Source of the DNA: Phaeosaccion multiseriatum
Taxonomy: Eukaryota; Protista; Ochrophyta, other classes
Direction: 5' to 3'
Assembly: GCA_965112735.1 (NCBI GenBank)
Contig: OZ218958.1
Span: 3,563,894-3,627,893 of the forward strand
DNA: 64,000 nucleotides
Made by a program: the position numbers and the translations under genes. This document shows, piece by piece, positions 13,318-24,766 of the stretch. Under the pieces are notes generated by a model that was given only the letters and a program-made list of their open reading frames with translations, searched no databases and was not told the origin of the DNA. The first letter of the stretch is position 1. Every line of letters starts with the position of its first letter.

Positions 13318-13352
13318 GCGTCACCAATGGGCGGTGTTGACGATGCTGACGC
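13318..13352. promoter_or_regulatory. Paired GCGTCA/TGACGC motifs with CCAAT and GC box upstream of LCIB copy 2
   Basis: GCGTCA 13318-23, then CCAAT and GGGCGG, then TGACGC 13347-52. Confidence 0.4.
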
Positions 13353-13410
13353 CATTATGATACAGCTTAGTACTGAGTCGACGAAGATGGCACCCCCCTC
13401 TAGGAGAGCC

Positions 13411-13860
13411 GACAGGAGGGCAGAAGGCCCCGGCCGCTCCCCTGACGTGATACCGGCCGAGCGATTCTCGGTAGCAGCAGCCATCATGCTACCGGGCCCT
13501 CCAGGTCCGGGCCGGTAGCAGCCACGCTACTGGAAATCGGCCGGTAGCAGGTAGCACAGGACGCCGGCTGGCGCCGGCAGTAGCAGGGGCAGGGAGCACG
13601 TTGGCTGACGCCGACGGTAGCTTGTAGGTGGTAGCGTGGTAGCAAGCCGGCTGACGCCGGCGATAGTAGGCCTACAGGTAGCTGGTGACACCTCAGTGGT
13701 CGAGTAGCTAACGAGGAGGGACAGGCAGCCAGACAACATGCTGAAGCGGGACAGCAGGCGCAGGACAAGACGGTCGTGGGGGGGGCATCAGCCAAGACTG
13801 GCGGTTGATGCCTACTACGAGCAGTTCCGGCGGCAGCGCTCCTACACGTACGGCCGGTAG
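13411..13860 (+). pseudogene. Degenerate CHERP G-patch 3' fragment interrupted by a ~270-bp insertion
   Basis: gacaggagggca (13411) and gctaacgaggaggga..tacggccggtag (13707-13860) match the CHERP 3' end and are separated by unrelated sequence. Confidence 0.75.
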
Positions 13861-14083
13861 TGCAGGCATGGAGGGGAGAGCTGTTTACTTGATACAGTCC
13901 ATTGGTCTACAACATTAAAATTAAAACGTCCTACTCGCTCTATATGTATATAAATGACTCAACCCCTCCCCAAAAACTGCTGTACAATCCTTACAAGTGT
14001 CTTTGTCCGGCGGCGACTTGTCACCCCGGACTGGTTAGCGCACTCTAAAACACACGCGCACCCCCTCCCCCCTCCCATCCACT

Positions 14084-15495
14084 TCACTTGGAGACGGTCT
14101 TTCGAGCCTTGTCCGTGTCCTTGTCCGCCTCTGGGGGGGCCTGCTTGGTCCTGCGTGAAGGCCGCACCACGGCTTCCGGCTTGGGGATGTCGAGGAGGGT
14201 CTTGACTCCCTCGACCATGACGTAGCTGTGCTCGTAGTCCGGCGCCCAGTAGTTGTGTCCGCCCGGGCCGTGAACTTGCACACCGCACAGCACGGCGTAG
14301 TCCTCCTTCTCGCTGTCAACGGTGCTCTGCAGGTAGCGCTCGATCTGCTGCACGATGACGTTCTTGGCGAGCTTGGTGAGCTCCGCCAGGTCCTCGCCGC
14401 CCTTGCCCTTGTTGGCGTTGAGCGCCTCGATGAGCATGGCCGACAGAGCCGTCATCTCAAGGTCAGGGTCGCTGCAGAAGGAACGAGCGAATGGGAAGAG
14501 AAAAGGATATGAGGGGGGGATTGGGAGCAAGCACGAATCCCGCAGTGCAGCCCTCAACATGACACCCTGCCTCTGCCCCGTCCATCCCGCTCCTCTCTCG
14601 CACTCACTTCGTCTCGAGCTTGGGCACGTCCAGTGGCGTCTTGCCCTCGCACTTGCTCAGCTGCCCGTGCAGCCCCGCCAGAGCCCCGCATGCCTTGGAG
14701 TGGGCCTTCATGTGCTCCCTCTCGCAAGTCCCGAGCTCCCCCTTGGCCCCGATGCCGATGTGCGGGGCGAAGAAATACACGTACTTGGGCCGGCAGCCCT
14801 CGGGCCCGGTGGTGGGTGCGTGCGCGTGCATGGCGCCGAAGGCCGTGTTGCCAGCGAAGCAGAGCCCGCCCAGGCCCCTCATGGAGAAGGGCTCCCCGAG
14901 CTCCTCCTTGACGAGCCTCAACAAAGTAGTGCAGATCTCGTCGCGGCAGACGCCCACGCAAGGGATGCACGTGTTGTGGGCAAAGCCGTGCGTGCTGAGG
15001 GCTGCGGCGGCCAGCTTTACGAACTTGGCCTCCTGTATGAGTAGCGAGAGGGAGCGGGGAAAGTCAGTAGCAGCACAGCAGCAGCGGCATAGAGACGGAC
15101 GGAGCGGGCGGTATCTTCCTTTCGTTCCCCACTCTCACTCCTCAAAGGCGAGCTCGACCTACCTCAAACGCATGGCCAAAGTGCTCCGCAACCTTGTCGT
15201 GGAAGCCCGGCGGTGTGCGTTCGAAGCTGAAAGCCCTTTGCAAGAACTCCATCTACCAAATCCAATCAGGCAGGCGCAGTAAAAAGAGTGGTGGGGTGGA
15301 ACGGTGGGTAAGCGGGCGGCAGAACGGAAGGGAACGACAGAGGGTGGCACCGATAGGTCGCAAGGGCGGCGTGGACAGAGAGGGGCCACAGGCAGCCACA
15401 GCCACCAGCGCTGTGCGCATCCTCACCTTCTTCCTCCTCATCGTCGTTGCCGTCCCCGTCGCCGTCGTCCTCTCCGTCGCCATTGAAGTTGCCAT
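14084..15495 (-). CDS. LCIB: LCIB/theta-CA-like protein, copy 3
   Basis: Same exons and motifs. N-terminus MATSMATERTTATGTATTMRRKK. Confidence 0.88.
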
Positions 15496-15793
15496 TGTCC
15501 GTTTAGTACAGCCGGTGTAGTAGCCAGAGCGTCGTTCGGGTGTGAAGGGTTTATGGTAGTAGCAGTAGTAGGGCGTTGAATTGTAGTGGCTGATTGAGGA
15601 GGAGTGAGGCAAGTCAGGATTGATGTTGATGATGTCAGGTGGGAGGGTGGAAGCGGGAGAGAGGAATAAAATAAAGCCATTGAATAAATAACCCGCCGCC
15701 AGGGGCCTCCACGGGGTCAAGCAGCAACTTCCAGACAGTTTCAGTTTCAGCGCGCTGTCCACTTTTCGCGCCGATTTTGCCAAAATCATCGAC

Positions 15794-18179
15794 CACATGC
15801 ACGCCGGCCGCTCGGCCGATCTGGGCCTAGGCCGGCGGCCTCTAGCCCGCCTCTAGTTAGACAGCCTTTAGGCAGCCACTAGACAGCCTCCGCCCCCCTG
15901 ACCGCGGCCGGCCGGCCGGCCCGCCCAGCCAGTGGTAGCAGCACAACTGTAGGCTAGGCATGCACTCCTCGCAGGGCAGCCAGGCGAGGCGGAAAGAGAC
16001 AACACGAACCCAGTCTACTCCTCAGTTCCAATCCCATATATTGGCTTGCTTAAAGTGACTACTATGTGCACTCTGGTGGGCACTCCCACCGTCCTCCCGG
16101 TCCTGCTGGCTGGCTGGCTGGAGGGAAGGTCGAGGCAACGAAGGTAGTACTCTCTTCCGCAGGTGCCCTCGTTGTGGCAGATAATGGTGTTGCTCGGGTT
16201 GGTACTCTGCGACAGATGTTGCTTGCAGAAGGTTTCCTTGGCAGCAGCCATTGACTTGGTTCTTGGCTTGGGCTGGCTGTTTAGTTCCTCCTTCCTCGCA
16301 AGTGCCTGGCTGGCTCGCTGGGCCTGTAGCTACCAGCGCTCGTACCGGTGCGGCATAGTTTTGACCCCTTCTTACCCGACCCTTCGAGCTGACTTCCCTA
16401 GGGAGGTGCGCGTGGTCCCCTCTGTCGCTACCCTCATCGCTACTCTCCCCTTCGTTACACTCCCTCCGCTCCCTGCCTCTAGCTACTGCCTCGCTCCCTC
16501 GCTCCCGTCCTCCGTCCTCACTGCTATCGCTCACGCCTTGACTTGCGCGTCCATTGCTTCTGCCCAGGTCTTGAGACAAGGCGCCGTCTTCACCTTCCTA
16601 TTGGCTGACGAGAGTGCTGTACTCTTCGAACTGCTCTGTCGAGATGCAAAAGCTCTCCAGCCATGGTTGTTGTCGGGCCCCCAGTGGCGTTGCTGTACAA
16701 GAAGGCCTGGAAACTGACCGCTGAAACGAGCTCAAAAGCATACTCAATGTTGCCATCGCCAGCGTCGCCTCCATCGTCAACTTTGCTCTCAGCCAACTTT
16801 GTCGAAGCCGCGAATCTGAGGCTTGTTGGGCTTGATGTACTTGCTTGCGCTGTTTCCTGCTTGGTGCGCCCCCCTCTCTTCCATGACACGTCAACACATG
16901 CTCCAACAAGAGCTCAGCAAGATAAAAAGGCTGATCAGCACCCTTCTCCGCCTTTGCTTACCACGTACACTTGATGGGCCCTGGGCTGAGCAAAAGCTTC
17001 TTCGATTGCTGCTTCCTCTGTGTAAGAGCACTGCCGGCCGAGCGGGCCTGGCTGGTTGCTTGCCTCTTCTTGCCTGCCCCCCCCCTTCCCTTGAGCATCC
17101 TCTGCTGCTTTCGCCTGCGCTGTTTGCTCCACGATGCATGGCGAGAGGGGCGGTGCCTTGCTGAAAACACCCATGTTCAGTGACTCTCTTCTGTTTGGCA
17201 GAGGCCTAACCCTAACCCTTCGCCACATCTCTCAGAGCTCTCAATTGCGTTATTCCCTCACTTCTCTACTCATTTGATAAAGTCGGCTTTGGAGAGCCCT
17301 TTCGTCTGCGGGCAGTATGTAGGACAACAGTTAGGAAGGGAAGGGTGTATTGTGAAGGTCCGAGTACAGTGAAGGGTGGACTCACCCACTCACTCACACA
17401 CACACACCCACTCACACACACACCCACTCACTCACTCACTCGCTGTCTCAATTACTCACTCACCTACTCACTCTCCCTCACTCACTCACTCACTCACTCA
17501 CTCACTCACTCACTCACTCTCCCACTTACTCACCCACTCAAATCACTCACTCACCCACTCACTCACCCACTCACTCCCTCTCCCACTCACTCACTACCTC
17601 ACTCCCTCTCCCACTCACTCACTGCCTCACTCCCTCCCCAACTCACTCACTACCTCCCTCCCTCCCCCTTTCACTCACTACCTCACTCCCTCGCCCGCTC
17701 ACTCACTTTCTCACTCACCCACTCACCCACTCACCCACTCACTCACTCACTCGCTCACTCACTCACTCACTCACTCACTCACTCACTCACTCACTCACTC
17801 ACTCACTCACTCACTCACTCACTCACTCACTCACTCACTCACTCACTCACTCACTCACTCACCTCCCAGCCACCCAAAGGAAGTGTACCCTCTCACTGAC
17901 CTTATGTACAGGGTTCCACGCCAGCGGCGACAGGGGCCTGGCTGCTTGCAGGTGTGGTAGCCTCTCCCATGCTGTCGGCTCTTCTGCGAGGCCGGATAGT
18001 CCCATGAGAGCGCTGAGCTCTCCTTCTTCGTCCGCTCACGGATCGACATTCCTCTTTTTTTCTCCATGTGCCTCAGAAGAGTGAGATGCCCGTCCTTCTC
18101 CCGGCCGCCCTACTAGGCGCCGGTAGGCGCCGGACAATTCTCCCAATAGGCCTTGGGCGCGAGGCTAGGCGTGCATGTG
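15794..18179 (-). mobile_element. Putative degenerate DNA-transposon-like insertion (2386 bp) with 12-bp terminal inverted repeats
   Basis: CACATGCACGCC at 15794-15805 and GGCGTGCATGTG at 18168-18179. Absent from the homologous spacer between copies 1 and 2 (ccaaaat..ggcagatggcttcaca). Contains broken ORF-like segments. No TSD recognised. Confidence 0.5.
17380..17862. repeat. (ACTC)n microsatellite-rich tract inside the insertion
   Basis: Seen directly. Confidence 0.9.
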
Positions 18180-18276
18180 CGTGTGACACGTCAGTGGCAG
18201 ATAGCTTCACAGCCAACCACCCGACGAATGAAGATGGTGCGGTGCGTTTCACCCCCCCCCACATCCTCGCTGAGAT

Positions 18277-18416
18277 CGGACAGGAGGGCAAGGGGCTCGG
18301 GGTTAACGAGAAGGGACGGGCAGACAACATTGCCGACGCGGGACAGCAGGCGCAGGACAAGACGCGTGGGGGGGGCATCCGCTAAGGCTGCGGCGGCTGA
18401 TGCCTACGAGGAGTAG
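18277..18416 (+). pseudogene. Third duplicated CHERP G-patch 3' fragment
   Basis: GQEGKGLGVNEKGRADNIADAGQQAQDKT, then a frameshift and truncation. Confidence 0.8.
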
Positions 18417-18693
18417 GGATGGAGGGAAAAGGTGTTACTTGTTACTTGGTTCTAAAACATTAAAATTAAAAAAAAAAATCCTACTCGCTCGGTATGTATA
18501 TAAATGAGTCAACCCCCGCCCGCCCAAAACTGCTGTACAATCGTTACAAAAAGATACAAAAATGTCCCTGTCCGGCGGCGATTTGTCACCCCGGACCATT
18601 GTATGTAGCGCCTTCAAAAACCCATGCCCACCCCCTCCCCCCTCCCCTCTCCCTTCTTTGTATCAAAACTCCCCCTCCCCCCTCCCATCCACT

Positions 18694-20120
18694 TCACTTG
18701 GAGGCGGTCTTTCGAGCCCTGTCCGTGTCCTTGTCCGCCTCTGGGGGGGCCTGCTTGGTCCTGCGTGAAGGCCGCACCACGGCTTCCGGCTTGGGGATGT
18801 CGAGGAGGGTCTTAACTCCCTCGACCATGACGTAGCTGTGGTCGTAGTCCGGCGCCCAGTAGTTGTGTCCGCCCGGGCCGTGAACTTGCACACCGCACAG
18901 CACGGCGTAGTCCTCCTTCTCGCTGTCAACGGTGCTCTGCAGGTAGCGCTCGATCTGCTGCACGATGACGTTCTTGGCGAGCTTGGTGAGCTCCGCCAGG
19001 TCCTCGCCGCCCTTGCCCTTCTTGGCGTTGAGCGCCTCGATGAGCATGGCCGACAGAGCCGTCATCTCAAGGTCAGGGTCGCTGCAGAAGGAACGAGCGA
19101 ATGCGAAGAGAAAAAGGATATGAGGGGGGGAGTGGGAGCAAGCACGAATCCCGCAGTGTAGCCCTCAACATGACACCCTGCCTCTGCCCCGTCCATCCCG
19201 CTCCTCTCTCGCACTCACCTCGTCTCGAGCTTGGGCACGTCCAGTGGCGTCTTGCCCTCGCACTTGCTCAGCTGCCCGTGCAGCCCCGCCAGAGCCCCGC
19301 ACGCCTTGGAGTGGGACTTCATGTGCTCCCTCTCGCAAGTCCCGAGCTCCCCCTTGGCCCCAATGCCGATGTGCGGGGCGAAGAAGTACACGTACTTGGG
19401 CCGGCAGCCCTCGGGCCCGGTGGTGGGTGCGTGCGCGTGCATGGCGCCGAAGGCCGTGTTGCCAGCGAAGCAGAGCCCGCCCAGGCCCCTCATGGAGAAG
19501 GGCTCCCCGAGCTCCTCCTTGACGAGCCTCACCAAAGTAGTGCAGATTTCGTCACGGCAGACGCCCACGCAAGGGATGCACGTGTTGTGGGCAAAGCCGT
19601 GCGTCCTGAGGGCTGCGGCGGCCAGCTTTACGAACTTGGCCTCCTGTATGAGTAGCGAGAGGGAGGGGGGAAAGTCAGTAGCAGCACAGCAGCAGCGGCA
19701 TAGAGACGGACGGAGCGGGCGGTATCTTCCTTTCGTTCCCCACTCTCACTCCTCTTGTCCCCTTCGAAGGCGAGCTCGACCTACCTCAAACGCATGGCCG
19801 AAGTGCTCCGCAACCTGGTCGTGGAAGCCCGGCGGCGTGCGTTCGAAGCTGAAAGCCCTTTGCAAGAACTCCATCTACCAGATCCAATCAGGCAGGCGCA
19901 GTAAAAAAGAGGTGGGGGGGGGAAGGGGGGTAAGCGGGCGGCAGAACGGAAGGTGGAAGACAACAGGAAGGGAAGGACAGCAAGCAAACAGCAAGGTGGA
20001 CAGAGGGGTCAGCCAGCCATTGGTTGGCAGCCACAGCGCTGTGCGCATCCTCACCTTCTTCCTCCTCATCGTTGTTGCCGTCCCCGTCGCCGTCGTTTTC
20101 GTCGCCATTGCAGGTGCCAT
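18694..20120 (-). CDS. LCIB: LCIB/theta-CA-like protein, copy 4
   Basis: Same exons and motifs. N-terminus MAPAMATKTTATGTATTMRRKK. Confidence 0.88.
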
Positions 20121-20738
20121 TGTCCGTTTACAGCTGGTGTGTTCGCCAGAGCTTCGTTCGGGTTTGAAGGGGGTATGGTGGTGTGTCGCAGAGAAGAAGC
20201 AAACAGCTCAAGCAAAGATATTGTGAGTGAGGAGGAGAGAGAGTGAAGATAAACGCCCCGCGCTATACCTGGCGCTACCAGCTCTACTCTCACCCGCTCT
20301 AACGCGGTGTAAAAAAATGTGGTGTGGTGGCGGCCTAATCCCTATCCACCGCACGAAAACAGATTCGGTTCGCGGAACGCTCCGCGCACTCTATCCTAAC
20401 AATAGTCCCTCGCGAGAAACCCACTCGTCACGAGTTTTTTTCCTCTCTCAGGAGGCCTCACTCTGCAGGAGAGAGATCATACGTGAATACAAAAGGATCC
20501 GTTTTAAATTGTCGAAGGCCGTATATAGGCCTGAGGAGGTGGAGAGCCCGAGGCTGGCGAGGAGCTTTTTATTCAGTGCGGAGGAGGCAGGGGCTTGTCA
20601 ACGCTTTGTGCCACCGCAGAGGAATAGAGGAGGAGGAGGAGGACGAGGACGAGAAGTAGGGTAGGAGGAGGAGGAGGAAAGGAGGAGGAGGAGGAGCGTG
20701 GGGACGTGGCTGCATCACCTCTTAGCCCTTGGGTTAGG

Positions 20739-23700
20739 ATGCGCACCCGTGGTAGAGAAGGGGGGGCAGCGGCAGTGGCATCGGCAACGTGGTCAGTAGC
20801 TGCCATTGTCCTGGGCGTACTGGCGACCAGCCAGGCCAGCTGCGACGCGCCCATCAGCAGCTCAAGAGCGGCGTACAAGTACCAGCACCTGGGAGGATGC
20901 GACTCGGTCAGCGACGTTGAGATAGTCGTAGATATAGATCATAACAACGTTGGAGACCTGACAGTCTCTGTCTTCTCGCCCTCAGGGAGGGAGGTGGTCT
21001 TGTCCAAGGAGAGGGGTTCCTTGGGGAACAACATGAAAACGCGGTTCGCTGACGCGTCCAAATCGCACATCAAGTGAGTGAGGGGAGGGGGGGGGGGAGA
21101 TGGCTCTCTGTCTTGATATGCCCGGACCCCTCCGCTTGCTCACCTCACCTCTTTCCCGCTTGTCCGCCCTCCCCTTAATCCAGGAATGTGAGAGCTTGGG
21201 ACGACCCTTTCCGTGGCCCGTACACCCCGGAGGAACTGCTGAGTGACTTCGAGGGGGAGGCCGGCAGCGGCTACTGGGCGCTCAAGGTTACGGGTGAGTT
21301 ATGACCTGCCTAGTCGAGTGCCTGAGTCGAGTGAATGACGCACTCCACCTGTTCCTGCCCCTGAGTAGAGAAGTGTGGACCCCGCTGACTCTCTTCTCCT
21401 CTCCATGTCTAACTTGTTCTCTCCTCTGGCCCTGCCGTGCCACCCTCCGAAAACTGAAGACTCCAACTACTTCTTCGACGGGTGCATCGACGGTCTCACC
21501 ATCGACGCCGAGTGCGACACAGGGGGCGCGAGCTGCAGCGGAAGGTGCGGAGAGGACTCGTCCGACGGCAGCTGCGCCTGCGACGAGTCGTGCGTGGCCA
21601 ACGGCAACTGCTGCTCCAACTACATGCCCTCGTGTGCGGACTCCCAAGACACCGCGGCGGATCTCGGGAGCGACTTTCCCATCTCCGTGAGGGGCGACAC
21701 GCGAGGTAGGTACCGTAGGGGGGAGAGCTGGGCAAGGGAGAACCGGGCGGCAGGCCTTCCTTCGCTCCGGGTCTCTGCTTGCTCCATCCCTTGTTCTGTG
21801 CTCTGATGTTGGCCGTACCCCGTGCCGCCCTGTGCTCTACACTGCTCTGCACTACTCTCTGCAGGTGCGACGCTCGATGGCGTGAGTACGTGCAGCTACT
21901 TTGGGCCCGCCAGTGAGGCCGAGGGGGTGTGGTTCAAAGTCGATGGAAAGGAAGGCATCAGCTTCCTAGCGACCACCTGTAGCGACAATACCGACTTCGA
22001 CGCCACCGTGGATGTGTACAGAGGGGATGGGGAGTGCGTGGCGACGAGCAGCAACGCTCCGAACGGGCACAGCACGTGCAGCACTGGGGTGGATACATCC
22101 ACAGTGACGTGGGAGGCGGAGGAGGGGGGCGAGTATTTCGTGCGAGTGTCTGGGCTGAATCCCCTCCAGGTGGGAGGAGACGCGTCCGCGGGGGCCTTCG
22201 AGCTGACGGTGGATGAATTCAGCACTAACCCGACAGAACCTCCGACGGCAGCCCCAACGGCCGCCCCGACAGTAGCTCCGACAGCAGCTCCGACTGCGAT
22301 GCTTACAGAGGTACGGAGGGAGGCCTCGATGATGCTTGGCTTCGGCTGATGGGTTTTTCTTGTTCGTTCAGGGGATGAGAGGTCTGTCGCCGCGGTTGCA
22401 GAGGGGATGGGTCCAGTGCTTAGGGCAGGGGATGGGTCTAGTGCTCTCTCAATTTTCTTCTCATCTATTCTCGTTTCTCTCTTCTCTCCCTTCGCCAGGC
22501 ACCAACCGCCGCACCGACAAAAGCTCCAACAGCGGCTCCAACAGGGGCTCCAACAGCCGCTCCAACAGCGCTCTCTACGCAATCATCGACGACGGATGAG
22601 GAGGACACGCCGGCCCCGACAGCAGCCGAAGAGGGGGGGGGAGAGGAGGATGAAACACCAGCACCCACCGCAGCGGAGGAGGAGGAGGAGGAGGAGGAGG
22701 AGGAGGAGGAGGAGGAGGAGGAGGCTGGCACATCGGCACCCACAGCAGCTGACGAAGAAGAGGAGGTCACACCGGCACCCACAGCAGCTGAGGACGAAGA
22801 AGAGGAAGGCACGCCGACGCCAACTCCTACTGTTTTGCCTACCCAATACGCCACGCGGCCGCCTCCTGAGGCAGAGGAGGAGGCGAGCGACGGGAGCGAG
22901 GAGGTGGAGGAGGAGGAGGAGGAGGAGGAGGACGAGGAGGAGGAGGTGGTGGAGCAGCGCGCCGTGGTGCTTGACTTTGAGGGGCCTGTGGACTCCTTCT
23001 CCGCCACCGAGAATTTCGAAGTGGGCAGTGTATACGAGGAGGACTTCGGAGTGAGTTTCAGCGAGGGGGTCAGGAGGGTGGTGAGCGAGGGCGCCGGAGG
23101 AGACGCGGGAGAGGGAGACTTCACCAACCTGCCCGACGGGGGAGACGCCGCCCTCCTGCTCACGGAGCCTGTCTCCTCCATGACATCCGACGAGGGCTTC
23201 ACAGATGGCGTGGTGTTCTACTACTCAAGTGCTGTGCCGCTCATCGTCACGGCGTATACAGAGAGCCCTGATGTGGAGACGGCAGGGGCGCCACAGGGGG
23301 CTGGCGGGAGGAGGGTGCTGAGGATGGGCGGGAGGCGTCTCGAGGCCCTGACGTCACAGATCCTGCCGCCGCAAAACGACGGAGGGGGCTGCTCCGGCGC
23401 GGAGTTCTGCAACTGGTAAGTAGTATGGATCCTCCGCTCTCTCCCGTACCTCGTGGCTGACCCCCGCCCCGTCTCCCCTCCGCGCGACAGGTCGGAGACA
23501 GGTCTCGCCTTCGACGACGCCACTGCGCGAGTGCTGACCTTCGAGCACGGCTCCAGCAGCGAGGGACGGGCCTTTTACGTAGACAGCCTCACCGTGGGGT
23601 CGTCTGCCCTGCAAGGCGGAGGCGAGGACAGGGGAGTGGGCCCGGCCGTAGCGGAGGAGGGGCCCGAGGCAGGCGGCGGGTCGGCTGACTCATACTGGGT

Positions 23701-24397
23701 CATCGTGGGAGCATGCGTGGCTGGGGCCATTGCGTGCTGCTTCGCTTGCGGCTGCGTACAGCACAGACGGAGGGGAAAGTCGGCCACGCGCGAAGACGCC
23801 TACTTGGCAGAGGCAGCAGGCGGCGGAGCCAGCATGGATGCGGAGGACAGGGCGTGGGAGGGGCAGCCCTACAAGGAGCCCTACAAGGAGGGACAGCACA
23901 CAGCCTCAGTGCCGGGTTGGGATTTGGAGGGGGGCAAGTTGGAGGGGGGGACGCTGGTCGGCGCCGAAGAGAGTCCCTTCTCTTGCAGCCCCTCGGACCC
24001 GCAGGACTCGAGGTTCCTCTCAGACAGAGGCACTGCAGCAGCAGTTGCAGTAGGCTCTGCTGGCATGGGGGACGTGGAGGAAGAGAGTTCACAAGAAGGC
24101 ACGGAAGATGGTTCAGACTCCGACGAGGAGGACGAGGAGGAGGAGGAGGAGAGAGAGCAGAGAGATGGGGACGGCGCTGCTAGCAGTCACGGCACCACCT
24201 CCAGCGCAGCCACGCCCCAGTACCGCAGCCATGAGACGGAAGGAGACGAGAGCAGGCCCGCCACGCCCCCTCCCCCCAGGGCCGAGCAGTATAGGCAGCA
24301 AGCGGAGCTCTATCACAGCAACGCCACGGACGGCAGCAGCGTGCCCTACACCGCCCCCGCGGACCTGCGCCTCTACGCCTGGCCAAGCAGCCCTTAG
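20739..24397 (+). CDS. Type I membrane/cell-surface protein: signal peptide, proprotein-convertase P-domain, somatomedin-B domain, beta-sandwich domain, PT and acidic repeats, TM helix, acidic tail
   Basis: VEIVVDIDHNNVGDLTVSVFSPSG..LSDFEGEAGSGYWALKVTD (P-domain); SCSGRCGEDSSDGSCACDESCVANGNCCSNY (SMB Cys pattern); PTAAPT repeats; TM YWVIVGACVAGAIACCFAC followed by basic residues. Confidence 0.75.
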
Positions 24398-24433
24398 GAC
24401 CTGCGCCTCTACGCCTGGCCAAGCAGCCCTTAG
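24361..24433 (+). repeat. Tandem duplication of the last 36 bp of the CDS including the stop codon
   Basis: gacctgcgcctctacgcctggccaagcagcccttag occurs twice. Confidence 0.9.
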
Positions 24434-24766
24434 ATCTGAGGCTGAAGCCGAAGCCGGTCTGACGAAGTGACACGCGCTTTTCGCCGTGCTACATGTATCT
24501 GTAGATAGAGTGGTGTTACGTTAACGCTCGATTAGCGTAAAAATCGCGCAAGTTTCTGACACACAAAAGAAAGGAAGCTGGGAGAAGCGCCGCTGTTAAT
24601 TACGCGTTTCACAGGTGGGCGACGGCAAACCGCCAACTTCTTTTTCACTCGGTGAGCTTCAACTGGAGCGGGTTTTGTTGTTTTGTTTGGAGAGAGGAGA
24701 TCTCTCTCTTCTTTCAAGCTATACTTTGTTCTTCCCCAAAGTTCCACAGGCACTGGACATTAAGAG

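Noticed and set aside
17345-17960. THSL-repeat ORFs
   Set aside because: Translation of (ACTC)n.
9742-20226. Long plus-strand ORFs overlapping the LCIB copies
   Set aside because: Antisense shadows of GC-rich coding exons.
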